Shown here piece after piece: positions 7,679 through 17,102 of a DNA stretch of 64,000 bases (position 1 is its first letter; each line of letters starts with the position of its first letter). The notes below the pieces were generated by a model, which saw only the letters and a program-made list of their open reading frames with translations, searched no databases and was not told the DNA's origin. This stretch comes from Dehalococcoidia bacterium (GTDB lineage Bacteria; Chloroflexota; Dehalococcoidia; Lucifugimonadales; UBA3495): NCBI GenBank assembly GCA_965261945.1, contig CBDHEF010000002.1:591327-655326 (forward strand), written 5' to 3'. The translations under genes were made by a program, and so were the position numbers.

Positions 7679-9598
7679 TCAGGCATTGGGCAGACGTTCT
7701 TCGTCGCCGGGCGATGGGGACTCCGCCCCGCAGGATGGGCAGAACCTCGCAGGCCGCCCGCTGGGGTCAGTGGCCGGGTACACGACGCCGCAGTTGGAAC
7801 AGAGCAGCGTTGGTTGTTCCTCTTCCCATACGTCAGTGGGTTGACCCTCCACAACCGGGGCGGGTCCAGCTGCTGCCTGGGGTTCAGGTGCGGGCGGCGG
7901 GGCAGCCCCGACAGGCCTGGCCGGAACTGTATCGTGGCGCCCGGGTTGCCAGGGAGCGGGCGGCACAGGAACCGGCAGGATGCTGCCCGGCCCCCACCCG
8001 AAGCGGCGCATGATGCGAGGAACGAAAATCACGGCGGCGATAACGGTCAGCCACACCGGACTGAATATGCCCACCCAAATCACGATGGTCAGCAGCGCCT
8101 TGCCGACTACGGACAGCGCCCGCACTGCCGACTTGAAGGTGCTGCCAACGTCCCATCCGGCGACAACGAAGCCCTCGACCTCCGCGACACTTACGTTGAA
8201 GGCGCCGAAGCCGCGTATTTCCCCAGCTTCGCTCTGGGCTATTACGGTAAGTACAACCGGGTATGGGTCGGGGCGGTAGTTGGGGAAGGTATGCTTCGCC
8301 ACTGCCCTGGTCTCGCCTTCCTCCGGCACTTCAAACACTGTGGCTGAGCCGTCGCCGAAGTCCCATCGATACCTGAAGTCCGTCAGGTTCTCCGGGCGGG
8401 TGAAGGATCCGGTGTATTCCACCTCGTCGCCTTCGTCCGCCACCCGGTCCTCACCAGCGAAGACCTCTATCCCCGGAATCTGGGTCACAGTGGCTATCAC
8501 CGTGTCCGTCCCTAGGAATATGCCGGCATCCCCGATGCCGCGAACGTCCAGTCGGACTATGTAGGGCGACTCCTGAACGTTGGTATAGGTGTGGGATACG
8601 GTGGCTGTCACCCTCTCGCCCGCGTTGGTGGTGGAAGCGGTGCGGGTCCCTTCCACCGGCTCCGACCCGTCGCCGAAATCCCAAGTAAAATTGAACGTAT
8701 CTACGCCAGCTGGCGGACGGAACGTGGCCCGGAATTTTGCGCTCTCGCCAGCGCGGAAGGTGGCGTCGGAGCCGAATTCTACTGGCATCTCGCCGGGCGC
8801 GGTGGTAAGAACAACATTTACCAGCGAGTAGGCGGAGGTCTCGGCCATGAATCTGAGCCTGCCCTGGATTCCCTCGATTTCCAACTGAACTCTCGACAGT
8901 TCGGCCTCGAGGTTCACGGTTTCTTCGACGTTTACTGCTCGTGAGTGGAACTCCAGCAGCCGGGCCACGGTGCGCCGCAATACGTTTAGCCGGGCCTCAT
9001 TATCCACGAAATCGGCGGTCACGTCCTGGCTCGTGGAATTTTCGAATTCCACCTCGGCAGCCGTGTCCCTGAGACGTTGGAGAAATTGCCCCAGCAACTC
9101 CGCCGGAACCCGCACTGAAATACTTGCCTCATGCCTCTGGCTGCGCTCGGAGGTGACCTCCCATCCCCCCATTCCTTCGGCCAGCAAAGCAATTTCCTCT
9201 CTGGCACTAGGCACGTTGCGAACGATAATGCCGATGTCTACCGTCCGCACGATGACGCGGTTCTGGGGAACGATGCTTCTCAAGGCCTCGTCGTTCAGGG
9301 GGGTGTTCTGGTAGAAGCGTGTTGACCCCTGCTCGAGGGCTACTTCTTCGGACGCCTGCCTTGGGGCCCGCGTAGCCGCAGGGGCGGCTGTGGCGCCACG
9401 GGACGCCGGAGCTGCGGCCGTGGGCGCCGCCGGCGCAGTAGTGGCCGCAGCCCCAGCAGGGCCAGCAGCCCCGGACTCCAGATTGTCCCCTCTCTCGGAG
9501 GAGACATCGGATGCGGACCCGCCACAAGCCGCTAGTCCAGTCAGCAGCGCCAGGAGCACCGCAACCACGGAAATGGTGGCCCAGACCCGCGTTCCCAT
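7679..9598 (-). CDS. Lipoprotein with DUF4349-like region, two PKD repeats, a TM helix and a C-terminal zinc ribbon
   Basis: Lipobox LTGLAAC-G. A DUF4349-like coiled region (SISVRVPAELLGQFLQRL..DVTADFVDNEARL) follows. Two PKD signatures are present (FTWDFGDGS..HTY, YRWDFGDGS..HTF). Then come the TM helix ALLTIVIWVGIFSPVWLTVIAAVIFV, a Pro-rich linker, and CSNCG..17..CPSCG. Confidence 0.75.
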   Translation of the reverse strand: MGTRVWATISVVAVLLALLTGLAACGGSASDVSSERGDNLESGAAGPAGAAATTAPAAPTAAAPASRGATAAPAATRAPRQASEEVALEQGSTRFYQNTPLNDEALRSIVPQNRVIVRTVDIGIIVRNVPSAREEIALLAEGMGGWEVTSERSQRHEASISVRVPAELLGQFLQRLRDTAAEVEFENSTSQDVTADFVDNEARLNVLRRTVARLLEFHSRAVNVEETVNLEAELSRVQLEIEGIQGRLRFMAETSAYSLVNVVLTTAPGEMPVEFGSDATFRAGESAKFRATFRPPAGVDTFNFTWDFGDGSEPVEGTRTASTTNAGERVTATVSHTYTNVQESPYIVRLDVRGIGDAGIFLGTDTVIATVTQIPGIEVFAGEDRVADEGDEVEYTGSFTRPENLTDFRYRWDFGDGSATVFEVPEEGETRAVAKHTFPNYRPDPYPVVLTVIAQSEAGEIRGFGAFNVSVAEVEGFVVAGWDVGSTFKSAVRALSVVGKALLTIVIWVGIFSPVWLTVIAAVIFVPRIMRRFGWGPGSILPVPVPPAPWQPGRHDTVPARPVGAAPPPAPEPQAAAGPAPVVEGQPTDVWEEEQPTLLCSNCGVVYPATDPSGRPARFCPSCGAESPSPGDEERLPNA

Positions 9599-9653
9599 AT
9601 TCCCTCCGGTCGAAGATCAAGATGGCATTGCGCCACATGGTGTACAGAAATAC

Positions 9654-10619
9654 CTATGGCGTCAGTATGACCTTGCCCCGGGTGCCGCGATTGGCCAGGT
9701 GCTGGTGAGCGGTGGCAACTTCGGACATGGGCAGAACCTGGTCAACCACCAGCCGCGCCTTGCCGTCTGCCAGCAGCGGGAAGATTTCGGCCATGGCGGC
9801 CTGATGGTCCAACGTGCCCTGAGGGGAGCGACCGATGCTGAACCCGATGACCGTGCGGTTGGCCGCGAATATCTCGACTGCCGGCAGGTTGGCCGGGGTG
9901 CCGGAGGCGTTGCCGTAGGTGATCATCCGGCCGTAGGAGGCGACGCAGCGCAGGCTCTTCTCCAGCACCGGGCCGCCGACACATTCCAGAATCAGCTCCA
10001 CGCCGTTTCCGCCGGTCTGCTCGCTGATGACTTCCTCGAAGTCCTGCTCGGTGTAGTTGATGGTCTCGTCGGCGCCCAGAGAGCGGCACAGGTCCAGCTT
10101 CTCCTGGGTGGATGCGGTGGCGATAACGCGGGCGCCCCAAGCCTTGGCGAACTGGATGGCCACGGTGCCCACGCCCGAGGCTCCGGCCTGGATCAGCACG
10201 GTATGCCCCGGCTCCAGTTGCCCGCGGGTCTTCAGCAGATGATAGGCCGTCAGGAATACGATGGGCATTCCGCCGGCCTGCACCGGGTCAACGGTTTCGG
10301 GGTAGGGGAAGACGAAGTTGCCGTTGACCGCGACCAGCTCGGCCTGCCCGCCCGGCCCCATCGCCATCACCCGCTGCCCCACGGACAGCCCGGTGACCTC
10401 GGAGCCGACCTCAACCACCGTTCCCGCCGCCTCCAGTCCCAGTGACGATGGCAGGTCGGGGCCGGGATAGTTGCCGCCCCGTCGCATCAGGTCGGCGTAG
10501 TTCACCCCGGCGGAGTCCACTTTGATAAGCACTTGGTGGGGGCGCGGCTCGGGGTCTGGGGCGTTCTCCCAGTTGAGCACGTCGAGGCCGCCGAATTCGT
10601 GGATGCGTACAGCTTTCAT
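9654..10619 (-). CDS. NADPH:quinone oxidoreductase / zeta-crystallin-type MDR dehydrogenase
   Basis: MKAVRIHEFGG.DVL..E..P.P..HQVLIKVDSAGVNYADLMRRGG.YP and the nucleotide-binding stretch LIQAGASGVGTVAIQ. Confidence 0.85.
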   Translation of the reverse strand: MKAVRIHEFGGLDVLNWENAPDPEPRPHQVLIKVDSAGVNYADLMRRGGNYPGPDLPSSLGLEAAGTVVEVGSEVTGLSVGQRVMAMGPGGQAELVAVNGNFVFPYPETVDPVQAGGMPIVFLTAYHLLKTRGQLEPGHTVLIQAGASGVGTVAIQFAKAWGARVIATASTQEKLDLCRSLGADETINYTEQDFEEVISEQTGGNGVELILECVGGPVLEKSLRCVASYGRMITYGNASGTPANLPAVEIFAANRTVIGFSIGRSPQGTLDHQAAMAEIFPLLADGKARLVVDQVLPMSEVATAHQHLANRGTRGKVILTP

Positions 10620-10654
10620 GTATGCGTTTCTCCTGATATTATGACGTCTCCTTG

Positions 10655-11308
10655 TTATTGAACCGGAGAGCGGCGGAATAGTCCCGTGACTGCGGCATTC
10701 TGTACATCTGTACTGAATCGGTCAACCAACTGAATTACTTCACTGTGCAGCACATCGTAGTCATCTGAGTCAATCTCCACTCGCTCGCCGTGGGCTACGC
10801 GGTTCCTGTTAGATAACAACTTTTCATCCAGCAAAGGGCCTTTGGATAAGTAGTCTCTCTCATCCAGCCCCAACAGCGTCAAGATTTCTCTCAACGTTTC
10901 GGCGTTCAGGTTAGAGCGAGTGTTAACCGAATTCCGCCAATCTATTTCGGCATTGTCAGACAAATCAGACACCAGTCTTGCCACAATACCTGTATGGCTG
11001 GTCGGGTGGTTAGATTGCCCGGCTTCCCGAATCTCCGTGCGTAACCCTAAAGCCACGAAGTTGGGAGTGAGGTCGCGGTACCTCAGCCCACGGGTTGCGA
11101 TGAAGGAGATATAGCTGGTTGCTGCTGTCTTTACAAACCCTTCCCAATGAGCGTAAAGGAGGCAGACTGCGGCTCGCAGCAATAGCCCCCGCTGATGCCT
11201 GCGGGGATTCTTCTCCTGCATTAACTTCAGGGTTGTCAACTCTCTTTTACGCCATGCTAAATCATCGTCCAATACCTGTACCAGTTGGTCTAATGAGCGT
11301 ATCCTCAT
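10655..11308 (-). CDS. HEPN-domain protein (RiboL-PSP / MAE_28990-MAE_18760-like), predicted RNase
   Basis: 217 aa and all-helical. The N-terminus DLAWRKRELTTL..AHWEGF and the C-terminal Rx4H motif RNRVAH-G are present. Its ATG overlaps the stop of the upstream DUF262 gene (ATGA at 11305-11308). The region is low-GC. Confidence 0.7.
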   Translation of the reverse strand: MRIRSLDQLVQVLDDDLAWRKRELTTLKLMQEKNPRRHQRGLLLRAAVCLLYAHWEGFVKTAATSYISFIATRGLRYRDLTPNFVALGLRTEIREAGQSNHPTSHTGIVARLVSDLSDNAEIDWRNSVNTRSNLNAETLREILTLLGLDERDYLSKGPLLDEKLLSNRNRVAHGERVEIDSDDYDVLHSEVIQLVDRFSTDVQNAAVTGLFRRSPVQ

Positions 11309-12417
11309 AGGTCGAACAGTTGGCGCCCGAGCGGAATGTTAAAGCGCAATCTGGCCCGCGTGTCCACACCGCTACCGTTGTGGGATAAGAATTCAGGGTT
11401 GTCCCATAACCCTCTGCCTGTGTCTTCGACTTCCTGGAGCGGCATATTGCTGTCGTAGGATGCCACGTTATGACCGATCCCGAGAGCTATAGATTCAAAC
11501 GCCGAGATTAGAAATCCGCCAAGGTGCTTGCCTTTAACGAGGTCATATTTCCGAAAACTACGCTCTTCCAGCGAATTTGCCAGCCAGTCAAACGTAGATT
11601 TGAACACCGATCCCTCTCTTTCTCGCAATGCTTGAAAATCATCAGCTTGGGCCATTTCAGAAATTCGGTCGGTGAGAAAATCACCTATATTTCCCACAGA
11701 ACGTAGTTCGTTTTCTTCGATGTTTCGGAACACTAGAAATCGTGTAACCAGTTCAAGGTCGTATCGCTCACTCAGCATCTTGTCTGACAAGACGATGCAA
11801 GCCTGAAAGTTCTCGTCTTGAGCCAACTCCGATATCCATCGGTAAGCGTCGGGATTGACCGTGATTAGGATTACGTTTCTGACTTCTTGGTCGGACAATT
11901 GAGATCCACCAGTGTTGAGCCGCTGGAACAGCTCGTACTTGCTCGACTCACTGCTCTCCCGTAGGATTATCTTAACGTCGATTTTCGAGCGCCTAATGAG
12001 TAGCCGGTTTGTGTTTCCTATGGATATAGCAGGGTTGTCGTCTTCCCATTTTTTCCCGTCCATCGAGGGTAAGTACCTAGTTTTTCTTAGTGTTAAGGGT
12101 GGAAATATCTCGCTGTTGTCTTTCTTGAGAATGCCAACCAACTCGAATATGGTGGAGAGTCTTTGCAACCCGTCAATCACGTCCCACACTCCGTCCTCTC
12201 TCTGGGACACGAAAATTGACGGCAGAGGAATGCCCAGCAGAATGGACTCGATGAGCCGGGATTTTTGCTCATCACTCCACCGAAAAAACCGCTGAAATTC
12301 AGGATGTATGTCCATCTCATCGGCTTGGTAGACACTGATGAGTTCTCCGATGGACATCGGGTAGCCGTCGCTGCGTATTTCCGCGCGCCTGTCTTTTATT
12401 TCTTGATCCAGGCTCAT
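11305..12417 (-). CDS. DUF262 (ParB-like / GmrSD N-terminal-type) domain protein lacking a DUF1524/HNH nuclease domain
   Basis: IHPEFQRFFRWSDEQKSRLIESILLGIPLPSIFV...WDVIDGLQRLSTI (FQR and DGxQR motifs) and FQRLNTGGSQLSDQE are present. At 370 aa there is no room for a C-terminal His-Me finger domain. I counted about 47-50% GC over three 60-nt lines, versus about 62% in the flank. Confidence 0.85.
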   Translation of the reverse strand: MSLDQEIKDRRAEIRSDGYPMSIGELISVYQADEMDIHPEFQRFFRWSDEQKSRLIESILLGIPLPSIFVSQREDGVWDVIDGLQRLSTIFELVGILKKDNSEIFPPLTLRKTRYLPSMDGKKWEDDNPAISIGNTNRLLIRRSKIDVKIILRESSESSKYELFQRLNTGGSQLSDQEVRNVILITVNPDAYRWISELAQDENFQACIVLSDKMLSERYDLELVTRFLVFRNIEENELRSVGNIGDFLTDRISEMAQADDFQALREREGSVFKSTFDWLANSLEERSFRKYDLVKGKHLGGFLISAFESIALGIGHNVASYDSNMPLQEVEDTGRGLWDNPEFLSHNGSGVDTRARLRFNIPLGRQLFDL

Positions 12418-12462
12418 CTCTGAAACTCCTTCTTCAACTTACCCAGCGATTGAGATTGCATC

Positions 12463-13449
12463 CTACTGATACCCCCGGAACTGCGGGGCGGTCAGCACAT
12501 CCCCGTTGATCATCCGCACCGGCTCGCCGCTGGCGAAGGCGCGAATGTCCTCGACTACCCCCGCGTACATGGCGGTGTATGAATCGTCGGTTACGTAGCC
12601 CAAGTGGGGGCAGATCAGCGTGTTGTCCAGTTGCAGCAGTGGATGGCCTTCCGGCAGCGGCTCCACGTCGAAGGTGTCCAGCGCGGCGCCGGCGATGGCC
12701 CTGCGTTGCAGCGCGTCCACCAGCGCGGCCTCGTCCACGATGGGGCCGCGCGAGATGTTGACCAGATAGGCCGTCGATTTCATCAGGGCCAATTCGTGGG
12801 TCCCCACCAGTCCCCGGGTACGCTGTCCAAGCACCAAATGGACCGACAGGATGTCCGAATCACGGAACAGCGCATCCTTGTCCACCAGTGTGGCGCCACA
12901 CTCGCGGGCGCGTTCTGCGGTCAGGTTCTGGCTCCACGCGATGATGTTCATATCAAAGGCAGTGGCGACCCGCGCCACCAGCGAGCCGATATGACCCAGC
13001 CCCAGCAGTCCGATGGTCTTGCCCTTCAGGCCCATGCCGACAGTGGCGCCCCACTTGCCTTCCCGCGAAAGCCGGTCTTCCAAGGGAATCTGCCTCACGA
13101 TGCCAAGAATTAGGCCCCAGGTCAGCTCCGTCGGCCCCTCGCCCGCGCCGTCGGTGCCGCAGACGGCGAGGCCAAGGTCGGTTGCCGCCTGGATGTCGAA
13201 CGAGGCGTTTCGCCGCCCGGTGGTGACCAGCAAACGCAGGTTGGGCAGGCGCTCCAGCAGCGAGCGTTGGAAGGGAGTGCGCTCCCGCATACCCATAACA
13301 ACGTCGAAACCGGACAGACGCTCAACCAGGGCATCCTCGCTGGCCAGGTGGTCGCTGAAAAAAGTGACTTCGGCGCCGGGCGGCAACTGCGACCAGTCTG
13401 CCAGGCTTTCGGCGACGCTTTGGTAGTCGTCAAGAACCGCGACTTTCAT
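12463..13449 (-). CDS. D-isomer-specific 2-hydroxyacid dehydrogenase family protein
   Basis: NAD-binding GKTIGLLGLGHIGSLVA plus the catalytic R..E..H region (ISRGPIVDE...CPHLGY). GAGGA RBS precedes ATG 13449 (the ORF-track start 13464 is TTG). Confidence 0.85.
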   Translation of the reverse strand: MKVAVLDDYQSVAESLADWSQLPPGAEVTFFSDHLASEDALVERLSGFDVVMGMRERTPFQRSLLERLPNLRLLVTTGRRNASFDIQAATDLGLAVCGTDGAGEGPTELTWGLILGIVRQIPLEDRLSREGKWGATVGMGLKGKTIGLLGLGHIGSLVARVATAFDMNIIAWSQNLTAERARECGATLVDKDALFRDSDILSVHLVLGQRTRGLVGTHELALMKSTAYLVNISRGPIVDEAALVDALQRRAIAGAALDTFDVEPLPEGHPLLQLDNTLICPHLGYVTDDSYTAMYAGVVEDIRAFASGEPVRMINGDVLTAPQFRGYQ

Positions 13450-13485
13450 TTTGACAGTCCTCAATATGGGCTTCGGATTGGGGAT

Positions 13486-13526
13486 GCCCTCCCCGTAACC
13501 ATCTCCAGTGGGTCAGGGGGGAGGGC
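13486..13526. repeat. REP-like palindromic repeat (variant)
   Basis: GCCCTCCCC-N23-GGGGGGAGGGC lies between two minus-strand genes. Confidence 0.5.
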
Positions 13527-13534
13527 AGATTCCA

Positions 13535-14584
13535 TTATTTGAAGGCGGGCATGACCTGCTGCGTAATGATTTTGAGGCTGCGGGTCACCGCTTCCTCCGG
13601 AATCAGGCCGCCAGCGTTAAGCTCGGCAACCACGCCGTCGAGGCCAAGTTCCTCTCTAAGCCCTGAGAAACGGCCAATGAGGTTCTCGCCGGTGCCGAAG
13701 GCGACCTTCGTTTGCAGCATCTCCTCGTAGGACATGGAGGCCAGGCGGTCGGCGCGGCCCTGCCGGAGGTCACCGTCGCCTCCCGCGCGGACGGTGGCGG
13801 AATTCCGCAGCAGGGAACCCATGCGGTTGAAGTAGGCGTTGATGCTATCCTGCGGCTCTTCCAGCGCGGCCTCTTCGGTATCGGCCGCGTAGACTGGAAT
13901 GCGCAGCGAAACGTCGCCGTCTCCCTTATGGCCCGCTTCGTGCCAGGCCTTGCGATATTCCTCCAGGTTGCCTTTCAATTCCGGGATGTCCATTCCCCGC
14001 AGGCCGACGAAGATCGGGTGACCTTCCCGGCCCAGGCGAGGGAAGGTTTCGGCGGTCGTGGCGGCTATACGGAGCGGCGGATGAGGCTGCTGGTAAGGCT
14101 TGGGGGATACCGTGGCTCCCTCGAAGCTGTAGAATTCGCCGTCGTAGGAGAACGTATCACCCTTCCACGCCTCAAGGATTATGTTCAGCGCCTCGCGGAA
14201 TCGCTCCCGGCTCTCCACGTATGGAACGCCATACAGGTCGTAGGAGCGGGCAAATCCGCTGCGGCCCACGCCGAACTCGAAACGTCCCTCGCTGATCTGG
14301 TCAACAGTGGCCACCTCTTCGGCGATGCGCAGTGGGTTGTTCAGGGGCAGTACGTGCACCGCCATGCCGATGCGCAATCGCTCCGTGCGCGTGGCAATGG
14401 AGCTGGCAACGACAATGGGGGACGACAGCACCGAACGCACGGGGTTGAAGTGAAGTTCGGCCAGCCACACGCCGTCCAGCCCCATATTTTCGGCGGCGTC
14501 CACCAACCGGAATCCCTCTCGGAAAGACTCGGCCTCCGACACTGTGGGGCGGCTTCCGAACTCCATAAATATGCCGAAGTGCAT
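13535..14584 (-). CDS. LLM-class flavin-dependent oxidoreductase (paralog 2)
   Basis: MHFGIFMEFG...AENMGLDGVWLAELHF...HVLPLNNPLRIAEEVATVDQISEGRFEFGVGRS. GGAGGAG RBS precedes ATG 14584. Confidence 0.85.
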   Translation of the reverse strand: MHFGIFMEFGSRPTVSEAESFREGFRLVDAAENMGLDGVWLAELHFNPVRSVLSSPIVVASSIATRTERLRIGMAVHVLPLNNPLRIAEEVATVDQISEGRFEFGVGRSGFARSYDLYGVPYVESRERFREALNIILEAWKGDTFSYDGEFYSFEGATVSPKPYQQPHPPLRIAATTAETFPRLGREGHPIFVGLRGMDIPELKGNLEEYRKAWHEAGHKGDGDVSLRIPVYAADTEEAALEEPQDSINAYFNRMGSLLRNSATVRAGGDGDLRQGRADRLASMSYEEMLQTKVAFGTGENLIGRFSGLREELGLDGVVAELNAGGLIPEEAVTRSLKIITQQVMPAFK

Positions 14585-14755
14585 GGTCTCCTCCCATAGC
14601 CTGATAGGTGCGTCGCGGCGGATTCCGGCGCCACCGGAAAAGTATAGCACGGCGCGTAATTGACCGTTCCTTGACCCATCGCCCGCAGCCGACTAACCTT
14701 GACTGGCGCGCCGGAATACACTGGTAATTCGCTGCCGGCGGCGGGGAGCGCTGTT

Positions 14756-15982
14756 ATGGAACGGCAACAATACGATGTCGCCATCATCGGCGGGGGCATC
14801 ATCGGCCTGTCCACCGCCATGCACCTGACCCAGCGGAACCCTGATTTGCGTGTGGCGGTGCTGGAGAAGGAGGCGGAACTGGCGACGCACCAGACCGGCC
14901 ACAACAGCGGCGTCATTCACTCAGGCATTTACTACCGCCCCGGCTCTCACAAGGCCAACTTCTGCGTCGCCGGGGTGCAGAAGCTCTTACAATTCTGCGA
15001 CGAGAATGAAATTGAGTATGAGCGCTGCGGCAAGGTTATCGTCGCCACCGACGAGTCGGAATTGGGCCGCCTGGAAAACCTGCGCGAGCGGGGCGTGGCC
15101 AACGGAGTGGAGGGCCTGGAAATCATCGGGCCTGAGCGCCTGCGGGAAATCGAGCCTCACGCCGCCGGCATCAGGGCCCTGTGGGCGCCTGGCACCGGCA
15201 TCGCCAACTACCCCAAGGTCGCCCAGGTGTACGCCACGAAGTTCGCCCACGACGGGGGCGACATATTCACCGAGGCGCCGCTCCAGCGCATCTCGCGTAG
15301 AGGAGAAACCCTGGCTCTGGAAACCCCCAAAGGCACCGTGCAGGCCAACCACATCATCAACTGCGCCGGACTCTACGCCGACCGTGTGGCGCGCATGATC
15401 GAAGAGCGAGTGGACGTGCGCATTGTTCCCTTCAGGGGCGAGTATTTCACGTTGCGGCCAGAGAGCCATCACCTCGTTTCGGGCCTGATTTACCCGGTGC
15501 CGGACCCCCGCTTTCCCTTTCTTGGCGTTCACTACACCCGCAACATCTGGGGTAGCGTGGAGGCTGGCCCCAACGCAGTACTGGCCCTGAGCCGCGAGGG
15601 CTACCGCAAGCGCGATTTCCGCCTGGACGAAACGCTGGGCACGTTTACCTATCCGGGATTCTGGAAGATGACGTCGAAACACTGGCGAACCGGACTCAGC
15701 GAGATGCGCCGCTCTTATAGCAAGGGAGTCTTCCTGCGGGACCTGAAACGCCTGCTGCCCGAAATCCGGGAGGAAGACCTGGCCCCCGGCGGCTCCGGCG
15801 TGCGCGCGCAGGCCGTGGACCGCAACGGAGCCCTGCTGGACGACTTCAGCATCATCCGGGGAAGAGAGGCGGTTCACGTCCTCAACGCCCCTTCGCCCGG
15901 CGCCACTTCGTCCCTGTCCATCGGGGAGCACATCGTCGGGCTGGCCGCCGAAGCCTTTGGTCTGCCGGAACGGGCCGCATGA
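14756..15982 (+). CDS. lhgO: L-2-hydroxyglutarate oxidase (FAD-dependent, LhgO/YgaF family)
   Basis: YDVAIIGGGIIGLSTA (FAD fold) followed by HQTGHNSGVIHSGIYY.PGS.KA, which is characteristic of LhgO. Confidence 0.8.
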   Translation: MERQQYDVAIIGGGIIGLSTAMHLTQRNPDLRVAVLEKEAELATHQTGHNSGVIHSGIYYRPGSHKANFCVAGVQKLLQFCDENEIEYERCGKVIVATDESELGRLENLRERGVANGVEGLEIIGPERLREIEPHAAGIRALWAPGTGIANYPKVAQVYATKFAHDGGDIFTEAPLQRISRRGETLALETPKGTVQANHIINCAGLYADRVARMIEERVDVRIVPFRGEYFTLRPESHHLVSGLIYPVPDPRFPFLGVHYTRNIWGSVEAGPNAVLALSREGYRKRDFRLDETLGTFTYPGFWKMTSKHWRTGLSEMRRSYSKGVFLRDLKRLLPEIREEDLAPGGSGVRAQAVDRNGALLDDFSIIRGREAVHVLNAPSPGATSSLSIGEHIVGLAAEAFGLPERAA

Positions 15983-16190
15983 TTTTCTGCCGGTAACTGT
16001 TCGGTAACCGTCCTGGTAGTGGGCGACCGTACGGAATTTTCGTCACGCCCAGCGCAACGCTTTGTTGCCCGCCCTACCCGCAGCTATGTATAATCCTGTT
16101 CCTGTCGGGCTGGGAATAGAACCGTATCGCGCAAGGCCATTGCTTACGCGCTTGTGCTGAACCCCTGCCCCTGCTTTAAACGGGGAGAAA

Positions 16191-17057
16191 TTGGGAAAAG
16201 GAAACACGCTGCCGGACACTGATTCCTTCGGCACACCGGCCAATCCATTGGACATGGGATGGGTCAGTGTCTCCGAAGGGCCGGTACTGGCTTACCTCCG
16301 CGCCGTTGGCGACGAGTTGCCCGTCTACTCCGATGCGGCCCTGGTTCCGCCTCTGCTCGGTGTGGCTCTCGCTCTCGGTCGGATTTTGCAGAGCAAGGGG
16401 CTGCCTCCCGGCGCAATTCACAGCCTCCAGGAGTTCGACACACTCCGGCCCATACCCATCGGTAGCAGCCTGCGGGCGCGGGCCTGCCTGGAGCGGCAGA
16501 GGGAGCGCGCCGGACTGCGATTTCTCACCTTTGGCATCAGCATGGACACGCCGGACGGGGAGACGGCCCTGGCCATCAGGACAACGCTCCTGGTACCCGG
16601 CGATACGGCTGCGAACGGAAGTACCCAGGCTGGCGAAGCCGCAAGCCGCAGCCCTAAGACCCCGGACCGCCAGGAGGGCGGCGATATGACCCCGGTGCGG
16701 CGCGCCATCACCCAGCAGCAATTGACCGAATATGCGGCGGTGTCGGGAGACGACAACCCGTTGCACCTTGACGCCGAGTTTGCCGCCGGGACGCAGTTCG
16801 GCGGCATTATCGCCCACGGTATGCTCACCCTGGCTTTCGTGTCCGAGATGCTGACGGCTTCGTTGGGGGAACCCTGGCTTACGGGCGGCTCTCTGCGAGC
16901 GCGTTTCAAGGGCGCGGCCCATCCCGGCGACTGCGTCGAGACCTGGGGGCGGGCCACCAGGAGCGACGGCAATTCACCGGGCTACTCCATCGGTCTCCGA
17001 AACCGGAACACCGGCGAGTACCTGATAACAGGAACCGCAGCAGTAAAAATCAACTAA
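16191..17057 (+). CDS. Double hot-dog MaoC-like (R)-hydratase/dehydratase
   Basis: The C-terminal half YAAVSGDDNPLHLDAEFAAGTQFGGIIAHGMLTLAF is the MaoC dehydratase motif. The N-terminal half is a second degenerate hot-dog domain. TTG start. It lies upstream of plsX-fabG. Confidence 0.75.
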   Translation: MGKGNTLPDTDSFGTPANPLDMGWVSVSEGPVLAYLRAVGDELPVYSDAALVPPLLGVALALGRILQSKGLPPGAIHSLQEFDTLRPIPIGSSLRARACLERQRERAGLRFLTFGISMDTPDGETALAIRTTLLVPGDTAANGSTQAGEAASRSPKTPDRQEGGDMTPVRRAITQQQLTEYAAVSGDDNPLHLDAEFAAGTQFGGIIAHGMLTLAFVSEMLTASLGEPWLTGGSLRARFKGAAHPGDCVETWGRATRSDGNSPGYSIGLRNRNTGEYLITGTAAVKIN

Positions 17058-17102
17058 TGACCGGCCCTGCCCAACCGGGCCGTCCGGCCGAAGAGGCGCA
17101 CA

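Noticed and set aside
14987-15931. 314-aa minus-strand ORF
   Set aside because: Antisense shadow of lhgO.
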